Positions 14,038-26,300 of a DNA stretch of 64,000 bases are shown here, in pieces; within the stretch, counting starts at the first letter, position 1, and each line of letters begins with the position of its first letter. Under the pieces are notes generated by a model that did no database searches, was not told the origin of the DNA, and saw nothing but the letters and a program-made list of their open reading frames with translations. Position numbers and translations under genes: made by a program. Source of the stretch: Felis catus (lineage: Eukaryota); the NCBI RefSeq assembly GCF_018350175.1, contig NC_058373.1, forward strand, positions 117,926,001-117,990,000, written 5' to 3'.

Positions 14038-14097
14038 AAAACAGGGTCCCTGTGAACATCCAGTTAAGAAGGTAAATGTGTGCCAACTCTTCTCCTT

Positions 14098-14306
14098 CTT
14101 TTTTTTTTTTAATGTTTATTTATTTACTTTTGAGAGAGAGAGAAATAGAGTGTGAGCAGGAGAGGGGCAGAGAGAGAGTGAGACAGAATCTGAAGCAGGC
14201 TCCAGGCTCCGAGCTGTCAGCACAGAGCCCGACATGGGGCTCGAACCCACGGACCATGAGATCATGACCTGAGCCGAAGTCAGACACTGAGCCACCCAGG
14301 CGCCCC
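14098..14306 (-). mobile_element. CAN-SINE
   Basis: Reverse-complement element; GTGCCAACTCT on both flanks. Confidence 0.9.
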
Positions 14307-14309
14307 GTG

Positions 14310-14480
14310 CCAACTCTCCTAAGCGCTTGACATATATTAACTTATTCAATTCTTCCAACAACACTCTAAAGACAGAAACTATCATTCCTACTTTACAGAT
14401 GAGGAAACCGAGGCACAGAGGGGTTAGGAATCCTGCCTGCGGGCCTTGGATTTGAACCCCGACTCTCTAGCTCCAGAGCC
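14310..14480. mobile_element. MIR remnant
   Basis: TTTACAGATGAGGAAACCGAGGCACAGAGGGGTTAGG … GGATTTGAACCC core. Confidence 0.75.
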
Positions 14481-16256
14481 TGCATTCAAGGTATAGGCCA
14501 CACAGCCCCTGCTTGCCACACTGCTTCTCCCTGGGACAGAGTGTGTGAGCTGTCAGAGCCCAAGGCTCTAAGGAACCTCGACGACTGGGCTTGACGCCCC
14601 GCCTCCCCCTGAAAGCTAGCTCCCTGGGCCCCAGGCCTTCCTGCAGGGGGGAGTAGGCAACATGTAGGTGGGCACTTGAATGGGTAACAGGGGTGCCCGT
14701 GTGCCTGGGTGGCCATGGGGAAGCACCATCTGCAGAACAAACTCCCTCAGTCCTCCCAGAAGGAAACACTGTCTTAGAGACCTGCAGTCTCCCTCCCCCG
14801 ATTTGAACCACGAAACTAATCCTCGAGGCACGGGGCTTTGACTGCGCTACGAGGGTCAGCATTTATGTTTTCCTCCCTCGACTGGATTTGTATATTGTAT
14901 TTATACCATTTATGGGTTATCGTTGTTGTTTTGAAAGAAAGGGCATGGTGATTGAAGGATGCAAAGGGGGAGAGAGTTTCAGATCTACCACTTGGACAGG
15001 CTTCCCCCCACAATCCTGCCCTGCTAAGCAAATCTGCCCACGAGTGGGCCAGGGCAGTCCTGTGCCTGACAAAATAGGGGGCTCACACCAGTGAAGGCCC
15101 CCCAGTGTGCCCTCTGCACCCCACCCCTTGGGGAAGTACCCTGAAAAGGACCCAGAACGTATTACCAAGGAAACCAAGAAGGAGGATTCAGTTCAACTTT
15201 AGCCAGGGGGCCCCTGGAGGTGGGCGATGCTTCCTGCTGAGGGACTCAGGAGGACAACCCAGCCTCCCCCTGGAGGCCCCCTTGGCCTCCAAAGTTTCCA
15301 AGCACTTCCCAAGAATTGGCTGCCAAAATGGGACTCCACTCAGAGCAACATGGCCCCGGGCGAGTTCAGGGACCACCTTCCCACTCCCAACCAGCCAAAC
15401 AGACCCACTTGCTCCCCTCCACACACGCCTGCCCACCTGGCCTTTCTTCCCGGAGAGAGGAAGGGGATTCTCTGAGGAATTACTCAAACACTTCCCGGAT
15501 CTCCGTTCACTTTCCTTTCGTGCCTGTCTTTCTCCACCTCACCCTCCACTGCTCCTCTGAGCCTGACCAGATCCACTGTCCTTCCATACTCAGCTCAAAG
15601 CCACCTCCTCCCTGAAACCTTCTCTGACACCCCAACCACAGGACGCTCTTTCTCTTTTCTGATTTCACAGACCCCTCAGGGGCTGGACCGCTCATTTAGT
15701 GCAGAGTAACCTCACACCCCGTGTTTCTTCTCACCCGGTTTGCTGTGTGCAAGCTTTGACCTTTTCCTCCTTCCCCCTGCCCGCTCCCACATTCACGAGA
15801 CTGAGTGTGCCCTCCTGGTGACAGAGCAAAAACTCTTCCCTTCTTTTTATGCCCCTTCAGTGCTTTTTGATCAAGGTGCAATGCAGAAGGCGAAGGAAAA
15901 GATGTCAACAGGGCAAGGACGAGGGAGACAAGAGGTCAGAAGGAAGCCTGGGCTGGAGATGCAAACCTTGATATTAGGCGTTGCGTGGATTATTCCTCTC
16001 TTTGGGGCTCAGAGAACGCTGGGGAGGCTGAGGTCTGAGTCAAGAAATGAAATAAGAAGTAGAAAGCCAAAGGAAAATAAAAGGGTAACCAGTGGGCTTT
16101 TCTTTCCTGGGGATTTCAAAAGCTACAATACAGCCTGGAGGAGGGATGCCAGGAAGTGGCCCGAGTCTGCCCGATCTGGGTCTTGGAGAAAGGTGGGGAC
16201 ATTTCAGGGCTTTTATATTGTCCAGACCAGTTGATCTGGGTTGAAAAGGAGACAGA

Positions 16257-16491
16257 GGGGCGCCTGGGTGGCGCAGTCGGTTAAGCGTCCGACTTCAGCC
16301 AGGTCACGATCTCGCGGTCCGTGAGTTCGAGCCCCGCGTCAGGCTCTGGGCTGATGGCTCGGAGCCTGGAGCCCGTTTCCAATTCTGTGTCTCCCTCTCT
16401 CTCTGCCCCTCCCCCGTTCATGCTCTGTCTCTCTCTGTCCCAAAAATAAAATAAAAAACGTTGAAAAAAAAAATTAAAAAAAAAAAAAAAA
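16257..16491 (+). mobile_element. Young CAN-SINE with TSD
   Basis: CpG-rich near-consensus copy; AAAAGGAGACAGA on both flanks. Confidence 0.93.
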
Positions 16492-18850
16492 GGAGACAGA
16501 AACTCCAGGCAACACTGGGCAATAATAAAGATTGTTGCATCAGTCAGAGCACCTTTTGTTCTGTATTTCTCAGCAAACTGAACCCATTCCAGGCAGGTAT
16601 TGGGTACTGGGGGGCAAATGATTGCCAGAAGAAGGACCCACACTGTTGGGTCCCCTCCGTTTGGCAGGTCACCAAATAATAGAGCAAGAATCCCTACTGC
16701 TCAAAGGGTAGCAAGAGCTAGCTGGGTCTCGGAAGGTTCAGCCCCACGACCCAGCCAGGCTCCATCCCTCCTCTGATGCTGACTGGGATCTAGGGCCCTG
16801 AGATGGCAAACAATGCCCCCTGGTGTGCTTTGGACCAGGGAACTATGGGAACTTTCCCAATTTCACAGAACTCTATAGATTAGTGTTCATCTCAGCTACC
16901 CTGTGCATAACTGACCTAAAACTGAATGATCCAAACCTGTTCCCCATCCCCCAGAGATGTGTGTAATTAGATAAAATGAGGACAGAATATGTATAAGTAT
17001 CTGTTATACTGGGATGGCTGCCCAGAAAGGAAATGAGCACCCGCAACCTGACGGCCCCGGGTGTGCCCTCTGTACTGTAGGGCCGCACACAGGGACCGAG
17101 GGACAGTTACTTTGAGAGTTAAGTGCTAGTGCGGTCTGACCTTTCCGAGTTGACAAACACTTTTGTACAACTCTGCTCCTGCAACCTATATTTTGTGCAC
17201 CGTCAGCATTTTCTCCTGCTCTCTGCATTGAGGGATGTCTAATGGATCAGAATCGGAATTAAAACGTGACTCGAGTAGCCCATCACCACCTCTGGTCTTC
17301 ACCTTACTCCTGACCCAGAACCAGGCCTCTCCCGGGTGGTACTTTCTTCCAAATGGCCCCAACAATGAATGATTTGAAGCATGGAGGATATAATGATTTG
17401 AAGCAGTAAGAGGGATACAAAAGTTAGTGATATTTTTCTCTCTCTCAGTATGAAAAATAAAGGCCCCCCGCACGATCCGCAGGACATCATTTTTTTTTGT
17501 CTCGCTGTCAAGCGAATCTATCTGCACTGAACACAGTTGGGACAATGAGTCGTAGGGAAAGTCGTATCTATTTCGTGGTTGGTACTATGAAAGTACACAA
17601 AAGGCATTGTCTCAAAGGATATATATCTGAAAACAGTGACTGAGCCATAGCTATCTCCAGAACTCAATAGGACATGTCCCGGTGTTGGGTTAAACCATTA
17701 TAGCACTCTCGCCTTCTGCTCTCTATCTTAAAAACTCACGAAAAGTCCTCAGGTATAAATAAGGCTAAAGGAAATCCCATACATAGCTGAACACATAGTA
17801 GACACCCAAGAAAAATGTGGCTGAGTTATCAGTGGCTATTCACCAGCCCTGGGTTACTTAGTCCCTGAAGGAGAGAGAGCAAAGTAAAAAGACTTGTCTT
17901 TACTTCCCAAGACCAAAGAGGGTCTTAGAGCCACAAAAATGAAGTGGTAAAGAAACAAGAGGCTAGAATAAATGACACTGACATTTGTCATGGCCGTACA
18001 TTCCACACTCAAGCGAGGCCAAGCTTGTGCCTGTTTCCCAACTCCTGAAACTGAAGAATTTGGGGAAAGGAATCCTGCTGCCTTTTCCAAATGCCTGCAG
18101 TCAAGGGAGAGAATGAGAAACACGTCAACTCTGAAGGGCCGGAAGCGAATTAGGGAGGAAGAGCACTGTCTGCTTGCAGGTTTCATTTGCTTCGTTATTC
18201 CACACATATTTATTAAATGCCTGCTCTGCTAGATCCTGGGATGAGAAAGGTACAAGCAACCACCATCCCAGCCTTCCAGGGCCTTATTCCAACTAACGAG
18301 AGTCAAGAATTTCCACGGCCATGAAAGAAGAGTGTGCTTGGGACGATGGGGCTGAGGCAGGTGTGGTCAATTCTACCTGAGGGTCCGCAAGGACTTCACT
18401 GGAGAGAGGGGGGGCCTCCGAAGTACCCAGGGGTTCAGCAGGCAGGTGTTCATGGAGTGCACATGGGGCAAGGTGGGGCTGGAGGAGCCACAGCAGTTCA
18501 GTGAGACTGTAGGGGAGTCTGAGGGGCGCCATCTCTCTGAGGGGGATACAGAACCCACATCAGAACTCACAAGTTCACCCTCACTCCACATTCTGAGGTC
18601 CCTAACCTGGAGCCCATGGGCGTCTGGGGCATCCACTGATGGGCTCCTCAAAATCTGTGGACCCGACTTGCAGATGTTCACACCTACGTGCATTTTTTTC
18701 TGGGAAGACAATCCACAACTTTCATAGGATTCAGAAGGGTCTTTAGTCACCAAGGAAAGGTGAAGAAGCACATTGAGAAGCCTGAACACCACACCATGGT
18801 GTAGAATCCATTGTTTGCTGTGTCTGCATCCCACATATAGTTTAGTAATC

Positions 18851-18858
18851 TGACGTCA
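18851..18858. promoter_or_regulatory. Full palindromic CRE (TGACGTCA)
   Basis: Exact motif match; function untested. Confidence 0.35.
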
Positions 18859-20178
18859 TGGTTTTCAGAACAAGCAGAGCTAAAAGGATGAGGGCAAGGA
18901 GATAGGAAGAAATCACAATTTTCATCACCAAAACAAATATCTGTGTACTGACTGTGTGCCAGGCACTGGCTAGATTTTAAAAGCCAATACCTCTTTCCGT
19001 AAAGACATGTGGAAATATGTCTTCTCAACCTCCTATTCCTGAAGCCAGGATTACAAAGCCAGGTCCCGAAATGAGAATACAAGTCACCTAGGGCAATTTA
19101 CTGCAATCCCCAGATCAGGCTCAAACTTTAGTTGGTAGTTGCCTAGCAACAGGTGACCCTGAAGACACATCGCCAAACCGAGATGCCAAAAAGGCATTTT
19201 TGCGGACAAGCTGGTTCTGAAAAAGAGCCCCCATGCAAGTCTGTCCGCCCGGTCTCTCCGGGACTGCTGGGGGAAGGTGTAGACCTTGCAGCCAAAAGGA
19301 GGCTGGAAGGCAGAGCGGGGAAGGTGCGCAAACGGGCGGTGTGTTTTCCCACATTGGGAAGTGGGCACAAGAACACGGAACTGAGGGGTGAGGGAGAAGG
19401 CGGCCTGAGTAGAGAAGGCAATTGGCGCCCCTGAACGTCCTCTTTCAGGCCAGACCTACTCTTCCTCTTCCCGGCCGTATCTACAGACACAGAAAATGGC
19501 ACAAGATCTGACTCGCACCTATATCCAGCACTGCCCTAAAGTCATCACCAGACCTCCGACTACAGCTAACTGGGGACCCCAGGAAGCAGTTTTTATCCAA
19601 CTCTCCAAGGCGGCTCCCTCCCTTACAGAGATAGCAAGCACAAGAGAGCCAAGGAGATCTTACTTTCTCAAATTCGGATTTGTTTTCTTTTTATTGGGAA
19701 GCTCAGAAATTCCTGCAGCGGATTCAGGTGAGCCTGGGATTCCTAAGACAAAGGTTCTCACCCAAACCATCACACAGGCCAACAACGCCCGCACCTCTCC
19801 CCCGTGCAGGTGTAGAAAGCTCGGGAAGACGGGGCCTTCTTCAGAACCCGTCGTCGTCTCTCCTCCAGAAAGGTCTTGGGGGCTGTGGGAAGGGGCAAAT
19901 AAATCCATCAGTCTGGAAGAGATTCGGGAAGAACAAATGCGGAAGTCAAACAACAACAAATAAAGCGGATATAAATCCAGATAAAATATTAAAATCATTA
20001 AAGGGCTGCTGCTCCCTGAAGATTGGGAAAAATGAAGAGAGTTAATTAAAAGCAATCTCCATGCACTGCTGAGCCAGCCGGCCCTGATAAATCAACAGCT
20101 GGGGCTGCTGTGGAGGGCAGTCAAGGGGCTTGGGGGGTGGGGGGCTACCCGGGAGGGGGACTGCTGCAGAAACAGCAG

Positions 20179-20186
20179 TGACGTCA
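20179..20186. promoter_or_regulatory. Full palindromic CRE (TGACGTCA)
   Basis: Exact motif match in a repeat-poor intronic block; function untested. Confidence 0.4.
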
Positions 20187-20569
20187 AATTGAACACAGCA
20201 ACTTAAGTTTCCTGTCCATTAAATATTTTATGGCCACTGAATAAACTTGTTCTTCGATGGGGAGAAAATGATCAGTGAACCAAGAGGGAGGAAGATAGCG
20301 ATGAAGAGGTATTGCTTGTTTGATTCAAAACCTACTTGGAACTGTGATGTCAGCATCTCTGATCTTGCCCCAAATGCAGAGGCTTTTGCTTTTTGTTCTC
20401 TACCTGATCTGCACAGGTAGATGCATCTTCTCAAATCTCTCTACAAAAACCCTGGGTGATGTTTGTTTAGGGGGGCTGAGGGAGGTGGTGCAAAGTCAGA
20501 GAAAGAAATAGAGAGAGGAGAGATAGAAAAGACCTTGCTGACTTTTAGTACCAAAAAAGAAGAAGAAAA

Positions 20570-20609
20570 GGAGGAGGAGGAGGAGGAGGAGGAGGAGGAG
20601 GAGGAGGAG
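20570..20609. repeat. (GGA)n trinucleotide repeat in a purine-rich tract
   Basis: Direct reading. Confidence 0.9.
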
Positions 20610-22769
20610 AAAAAAAGACTCTTAGCACAAAACTAAAATGTCAACAAAAATGGTGAGAACTTTCTTTTTTCTTGCTTGCTTTCTTCCCCCCCCCCCCTTT
20701 CTTTCTCTACTTCCTTCCTTCCCCCTTTTTTCTGCAGCCCGATAAAGTTTTTGTTCTTCATTTAAAACCAAAAACAGCTCAGAATTTTTGGGCTCAATCT
20801 AAGTAAAAAACCAGCAATTTTCAAAGTGTTACAAGAACTGCCCTTCTCTATTCTAAGGGAACCCTCCAGCTCTTCCTTGATGGAAATATAATCAAGAGAA
20901 ATGATTGGGGAAAAGTGTTTTTTTCTCCTCCATAGAATTGGGATTGGAAGGGGAGTGTGTGCATGGGGAAACATAAGGAATTATGCATTTGGATATGCAT
21001 TTTAATTAGGTGGACAGAAGCAGCCGCCTGTTAATTTTTCTTGCTTGTTTCCACTTAGCATTCATCACAGGCAGAACCACCATAGAGCGCTCCCACGATA
21101 ATAGATGGTTCTGCATTGGCTAAGTCCTCAGGGAAAATAATTAGCAGGAGAGAATATATTCTCTCCACTCCCACTACCCCATCCACCCTGCCCTCCCCCA
21201 TCCCAGCACCACATTGCCTTCCCGCCCCACCCCCCCAATGGACAGTGGTTTCCCTAGGAGAAGCCTAGGGGAGCAGTCAGCCTCCTGGCTCACAGGCACT
21301 TACTTTGTCCTGCCAAAGAACCACAGCCTGGAAGGAGAAACAGACTGGAGGCCTTCCTTGGAGTGAAGGCTCCTAGATGCAGGGAGGGGGGCTATCTGCT
21401 GCTTAGTTAGTTCTGAGGGACAGCCTGGCAATCAGTGCTGGCCAGCACAGGATGAAGAAAGCCCCAAAGAGGGTGAGACAGTTCTCACTGAGCTCAACTG
21501 GCAGCAAACAAAGACAAGTAAAGAGTTGTTATTTGAGGATAATGGAAGTCCAGATGACGTTTTTCACCTAATTTGCTTTTATAAAGTAAAGGAATGTTGT
21601 AGGGTTGCAGCAAGCTTGTATCTGAAGGCTGGCAATCAAGATGGAAGTCTCTTGAGTTTTGAGCCCCGCCACGATGCGCTCCATAGTCTACAGAATCAAT
21701 TCGGGCAACTGATCTCCCGTGTCAACAGCACAACCTCCTCAATGACCCGCAGATAGAAGCTCCAGCCCCTCCACCACTGCTCCTCTCTTCCCAGAGTCGT
21801 CTTAATGGAAGGGGGAATCAGAGACGGCAAGATGACCAATGCCAAAGTTCCAGGAAAGCACTCTCCTCTGTCCTCTGAGCTTCTGTTTCCTCTGATTTTG
21901 CAGGTGGACTCAGTTCAGGGCTGACAACGGGGAAATGAAATGAGGGCTTCCCCTGAGCTCATATTCTCACCTATTTCAAACCCAGACAATGGGAAAAATC
22001 CCAATGAGATCCTAGGGCTATTTACACACAGCTGGATGAGTGAGGCTTTGCATTTCCTGAGAAGCAATGATTAGGCTTGATGTGTAATGCCATACTCATT
22101 TCATTTATTTTAGTTTTAATATATTAAAATAATGTTCAATATGTGAGGTATTGTTGACTCTGAGAAGGCCTCAGTCAGCTAATGGAAACTGTGTTCTCCC
22201 AGTAACACCTCCCATTTGCACTTTACGCCTTTGGAAATGTTTTCACATCCATTATTTCATTCAGGCACCTTGGGGGCTAAGCAGAGCTGGGTGCAGGGGA
22301 AAGGAGGAGAAAGGAGACACAGGCTTTTCTCACTGAAGGAAATGATAGGTCTGATTTATTAACTTTTGCCTTTTAAGCTGTCCCATCCCCCTTGGCCCCC
22401 TGTTGCCAGGATGAAACCTCCATCCTGCCCAGGAAACAAACCAAACGTTCAGTCCAAGACTCACCAGGGAACTACAGCTCTTTGCCCCCACAAACCCAAA
22501 CCCTGCCTGACACCCCACATGCCCCCAAGGGGGGGTGGAGACAAGGGGACGGTGATCCTTGTGGCTGGGGATGAAAGAAGTGAGTCTTTGGGTTCTCAGA
22601 GGATTTAAGCCCCCCCCCCAAAAAAAATAATGCTATTCCTACAGGGGGGGCGAGGATAAGGAGGTTGAACTTCACGATACTATTAGCATTTTTCCCTAAG
22701 TTTATAAGGCGGGGGTTTACCATTTAGAAATGTAGTCCCTGAATTTTAAAGAGTCTAAAAATGAAGGGG

Positions 22770-23348
22770 CCTAGGCGTATCCCCAAGAGAATTGAAAGCA
22801 GGGATTCAGACAGCTACCTATACACCCACCTTCATATCAGCATTACTCATGATGGCTTAAAGATGCACATAGCCTAAGGGTCCCTCACTGGATGAGTAGA
22901 TAAACAAAATGTGGTATGTACCTACAATGGAATATTATTCAGCCATTAAAAGGAAGGAAATTCTGGCACAGGCTACAACATAGATGAACCTTGAGGACAT
23001 TATGTTAAGTGAAATAAACCAGTCACAAAAGGACAAATATTGTATGATTCCACTTACATGAGGTGCTCAGAATAGGGAAATTCATAGAGACAGAAAGCAG
23101 AATGGTTGTTACCAGGGACTCGGGGGGGGGGGGGGTGAAGCAGATGGGAGTTATTGTTTAATAGGTACACAGCTTCTGCTTGGGATGATGAAAAATTCTG
23201 GAGATGGTTAGTATCAATGGTTGCACAACATTATGAATTTACTTAATGCCACTGAATTGCACACTTTAAAACGGCTAGAATGGCACATTTACAAGTTACG
23301 AATGTTAAATATACATGTTATGTATATTTGACCACAATTAGAAAAAAA
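22770..23348 (+). mobile_element. Old LINE-1 (L1MB-like) 3' end
   Basis: ATAAACAAAATGTGGTAT…GGAATATTATTCAGCC…ATTATGTTAAGTGAAATAAACCAGTCACAAAAGGACAAATATTGTATGATTCCAC motifs and an A-rich end. Confidence 0.85.
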
Positions 23349-26300
23349 TTAAGGGGCTGCCTCTGTCTGCTGGAGGTCAGGGTGACCATTTTGGTTTTTC
23401 TTTCATTTTGCCTAAGAATCGCAATTTTGGCTTCTACGAATTCTCTGATGGGTTTTGCAACCCCCTCTTCCTCATTTAGGCTTGGAGAAAATAATTGCCA
23501 AGGGAGTTTCCAATCAAAGGAAAGCCTGATAATAACACCCTCAGAGGAATCTGGGATATTCTGGAGGCATGTCACTGAAGGAGAGGTAGTGAATTCTAAT
23601 TTAGACGCTGCTAATACCCACTTGGGTACAGCAGGCCTGTGTATATCTGCTAATCACCTCCATTCCCTCAGCAGTAACACGGGGTACGCTAGAGGAAGCT
23701 CAGTGAGACATCAGTACAGGTCCACTTCTTCAACTCTCTAATCCGACTGGTATCTGCAGCTGCCCACATGGAAATGAAGTAAGCACTTTATTTCCATGTT
23801 AATTGGGATGGGTGTCATAGGGGAGGAGAGGACAGGTCCAGAGAGATTGCGGATAAATGAAATCCAGAGGAGAAAAATCTTTTGTTTGGTTTCCCCCTCT
23901 CCCTCCACACATTTAAAGAAAAGAAAGGGGGGAAAAAAGACTGATGTTCTCAGCAATTCCAGTCTTTTCCACAACCAAAAACTTGATCTGAGTGCTTAAT
24001 GAGCAGCAAAATAAGCCAATTAGTCTTCCCCCTTCTCTCCCCTTTCTCCATCCTCTGGTCAGGGTGCTAAGGAGGGGAGAATCAGAAGAAAAGCCCACCT
24101 TCTAAATGGCCCATCACCTGGTCCTCAGCTTTAGGCCCTGAGAAGGGAGAGGAGTGGCATCCTGGTTAGAATCCCAAGGGGTAGCTCCATGCGGCAGGAC
24201 TGGACCCGAGAAGATGAAACTAATGGAGTCTCCCAGTCTTAACAAATCCCCTTTAGAAACGCACTTTAAAAACAAGGAAGAATTGGAACTCTGGCCCCTA
24301 ACTGTTCTCCCTGTCCTAACTGACCATAGTGAGAGCCACCAAGCTTTTAACTGAAAGGAATTTGGGCAATCAAGGTGCATCACCCTCATCTTAATGACAA
24401 GGGATTTGCAGTTCAGAGAAGTTCTGTGTCCAAGATTGAGTAGCAAGTTGGTGGTAAACTGAGAGCAGAGCTCAAGGCGCTGGATTCCTCTCGCAGAGCT
24501 GTTTCTGTTCCACTGCCCTGAAGTCCTCACAGCTACAAAGACCAGCCAGTGGTGAGAAATGAACGTGGAAAAGGAACAGGGTTTGAGACGCGGCCCCACT
24601 GAGAACAGGTGGAAGGCAACTGCAAAACCTCTTCTGGTGGGCCTTCCAGTCACAATGAATACGAACAGCAGGTTTTCAAAGTGAAGAACAGAAACGTGCT
24701 CATTTCACAGCAACCTGAGATGACCAGTCTCCGGATTCAGAGAGGGGAGAAGAGGGTGCAAAAGGGGGATTAGACATGTGTCATCATTGTTTCTCAGGCT
24801 CACAACCAAGGCAGGGGCGGGGAGGGAGGACTCACTGTGGGCTATTTGAACCCCATTATTAGGCACTCTGAGTCTAATCCCCTCGCCCCTCCCTGCTTCC
24901 AAACACGGCCCCTCTCAGCCCTCTCCAGGCTTCCCTCTTCCCTCGCCACCCCCCACACTACTCCTATTCACCAGCACGACCTAGAAATTCCCAACACGGT
25001 CTGCCCCTCTTTTCCCACCCACCCCCACCCAACACCTTCTAACCACTGCTTTTAAAACTCTGATGCAAATCACAGGCTTCAAAAACCTTCCTTGGGTGAC
25101 AGTTTTACGATGCTAGCTCCATTCATCCATATGGTTTGACAGACTGTGAAACACTAGTAACCGGACCAATAAGAAAAACAAATTACAAAAACACCACAAC
25201 ACCTCATCTCTCCCCAGTCACTCACACAACTAAAGAAAACTTTGGAACTGGCAACAGATCATCATATCAGCCTCTCTCACTGTTAATAATCTTTTCAGAG
25301 TTCAGACCACACAGCAGTTTTATCCACTCACCTACTCCTTTCCCTTCCTGCCACCCCCCCCCCCCAGGCCACTTTATCTTTCCTTGTTACATACCTGCAT
25401 ATTTGAAGATTATCTAAAGCGAGGGTCATGCTTACATAGGCCCCAGCTGGAAAACGGTGGCTTCACAAAAACTATGTCAGTGGTTGTGGCATTTCTTGGC
25501 CAGGGGCTTGCCACATTTGGCTATGTTTCTGTCTTCTACTGACTTTCAGAACACTCAAAAACCACAAAAGTTACTTTGCTGAGGGTGGGACAATAAACAG
25601 ACCTGGATTCTGGTGCCTTTTTATGACCCAGCCCCCACTACCACTATAATCAGCATGGCCTCTCTTTGAAAACAGAAACATCAGCCTCAGTTTCCTTTCT
25701 GTTGTTGGTGCAAAACAAAGCATGCTGACCGTAGCATTTTATGTTTTGCATTGATCTGAGCAGATGGCTCTGAAACAGCTTTAGACATTATGGTCTTTCT
25801 CAGATGCATCCAAATTCCAGCTACCTGCATGATTGCAAAATGACAGAGGAAGCAGAGAAGTCTCCAATCAAGTGGCCTCTGAATCCCAGCCCACCTAAGG
25901 ATCTAAGCAGCTCCCAACCTCCCAGCCATCTCTGGATGTCCCCAAGGTGGTCTGCAAGCCAGATAATTTTCAAAGGTTTACCCTGTGACAATGCCTCTAC
26001 ATGGGTTCTTGCAGAAATTAATATCCTTTATGGGTATCTCATCAAAACCAGACATTCTTCCTGATGAAAAATAATGTGCTAATAAAGTTTGGGGAATTCA
26101 GGGCTTTTTTTTTTTTTTTTTTTTTTTTGATGGGCAACCAGAAGACAGATGGAGAAGGTGGTTCTTAGGCATTTGTTGGCTTAAAATATCTGAGGGTCCT
26201 TTTTCATAAGGGGCTAAAATAATGTCCATAAAAGGCTACAAGTTCACAAAGTCCCAACCTCCATATTCCCCACTTAGTACCTACCCACCCACGTTGCCCC

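Noticed and set aside
15728..15795. Minus-strand ATG…CCGG|GTGAGA candidate first exon (MWERAGGRRKRSKLAHSKP)
   Set aside because: The donor is phase 1 relative to this ATG, so it is out of frame with DPF3 exon 2; no other support.
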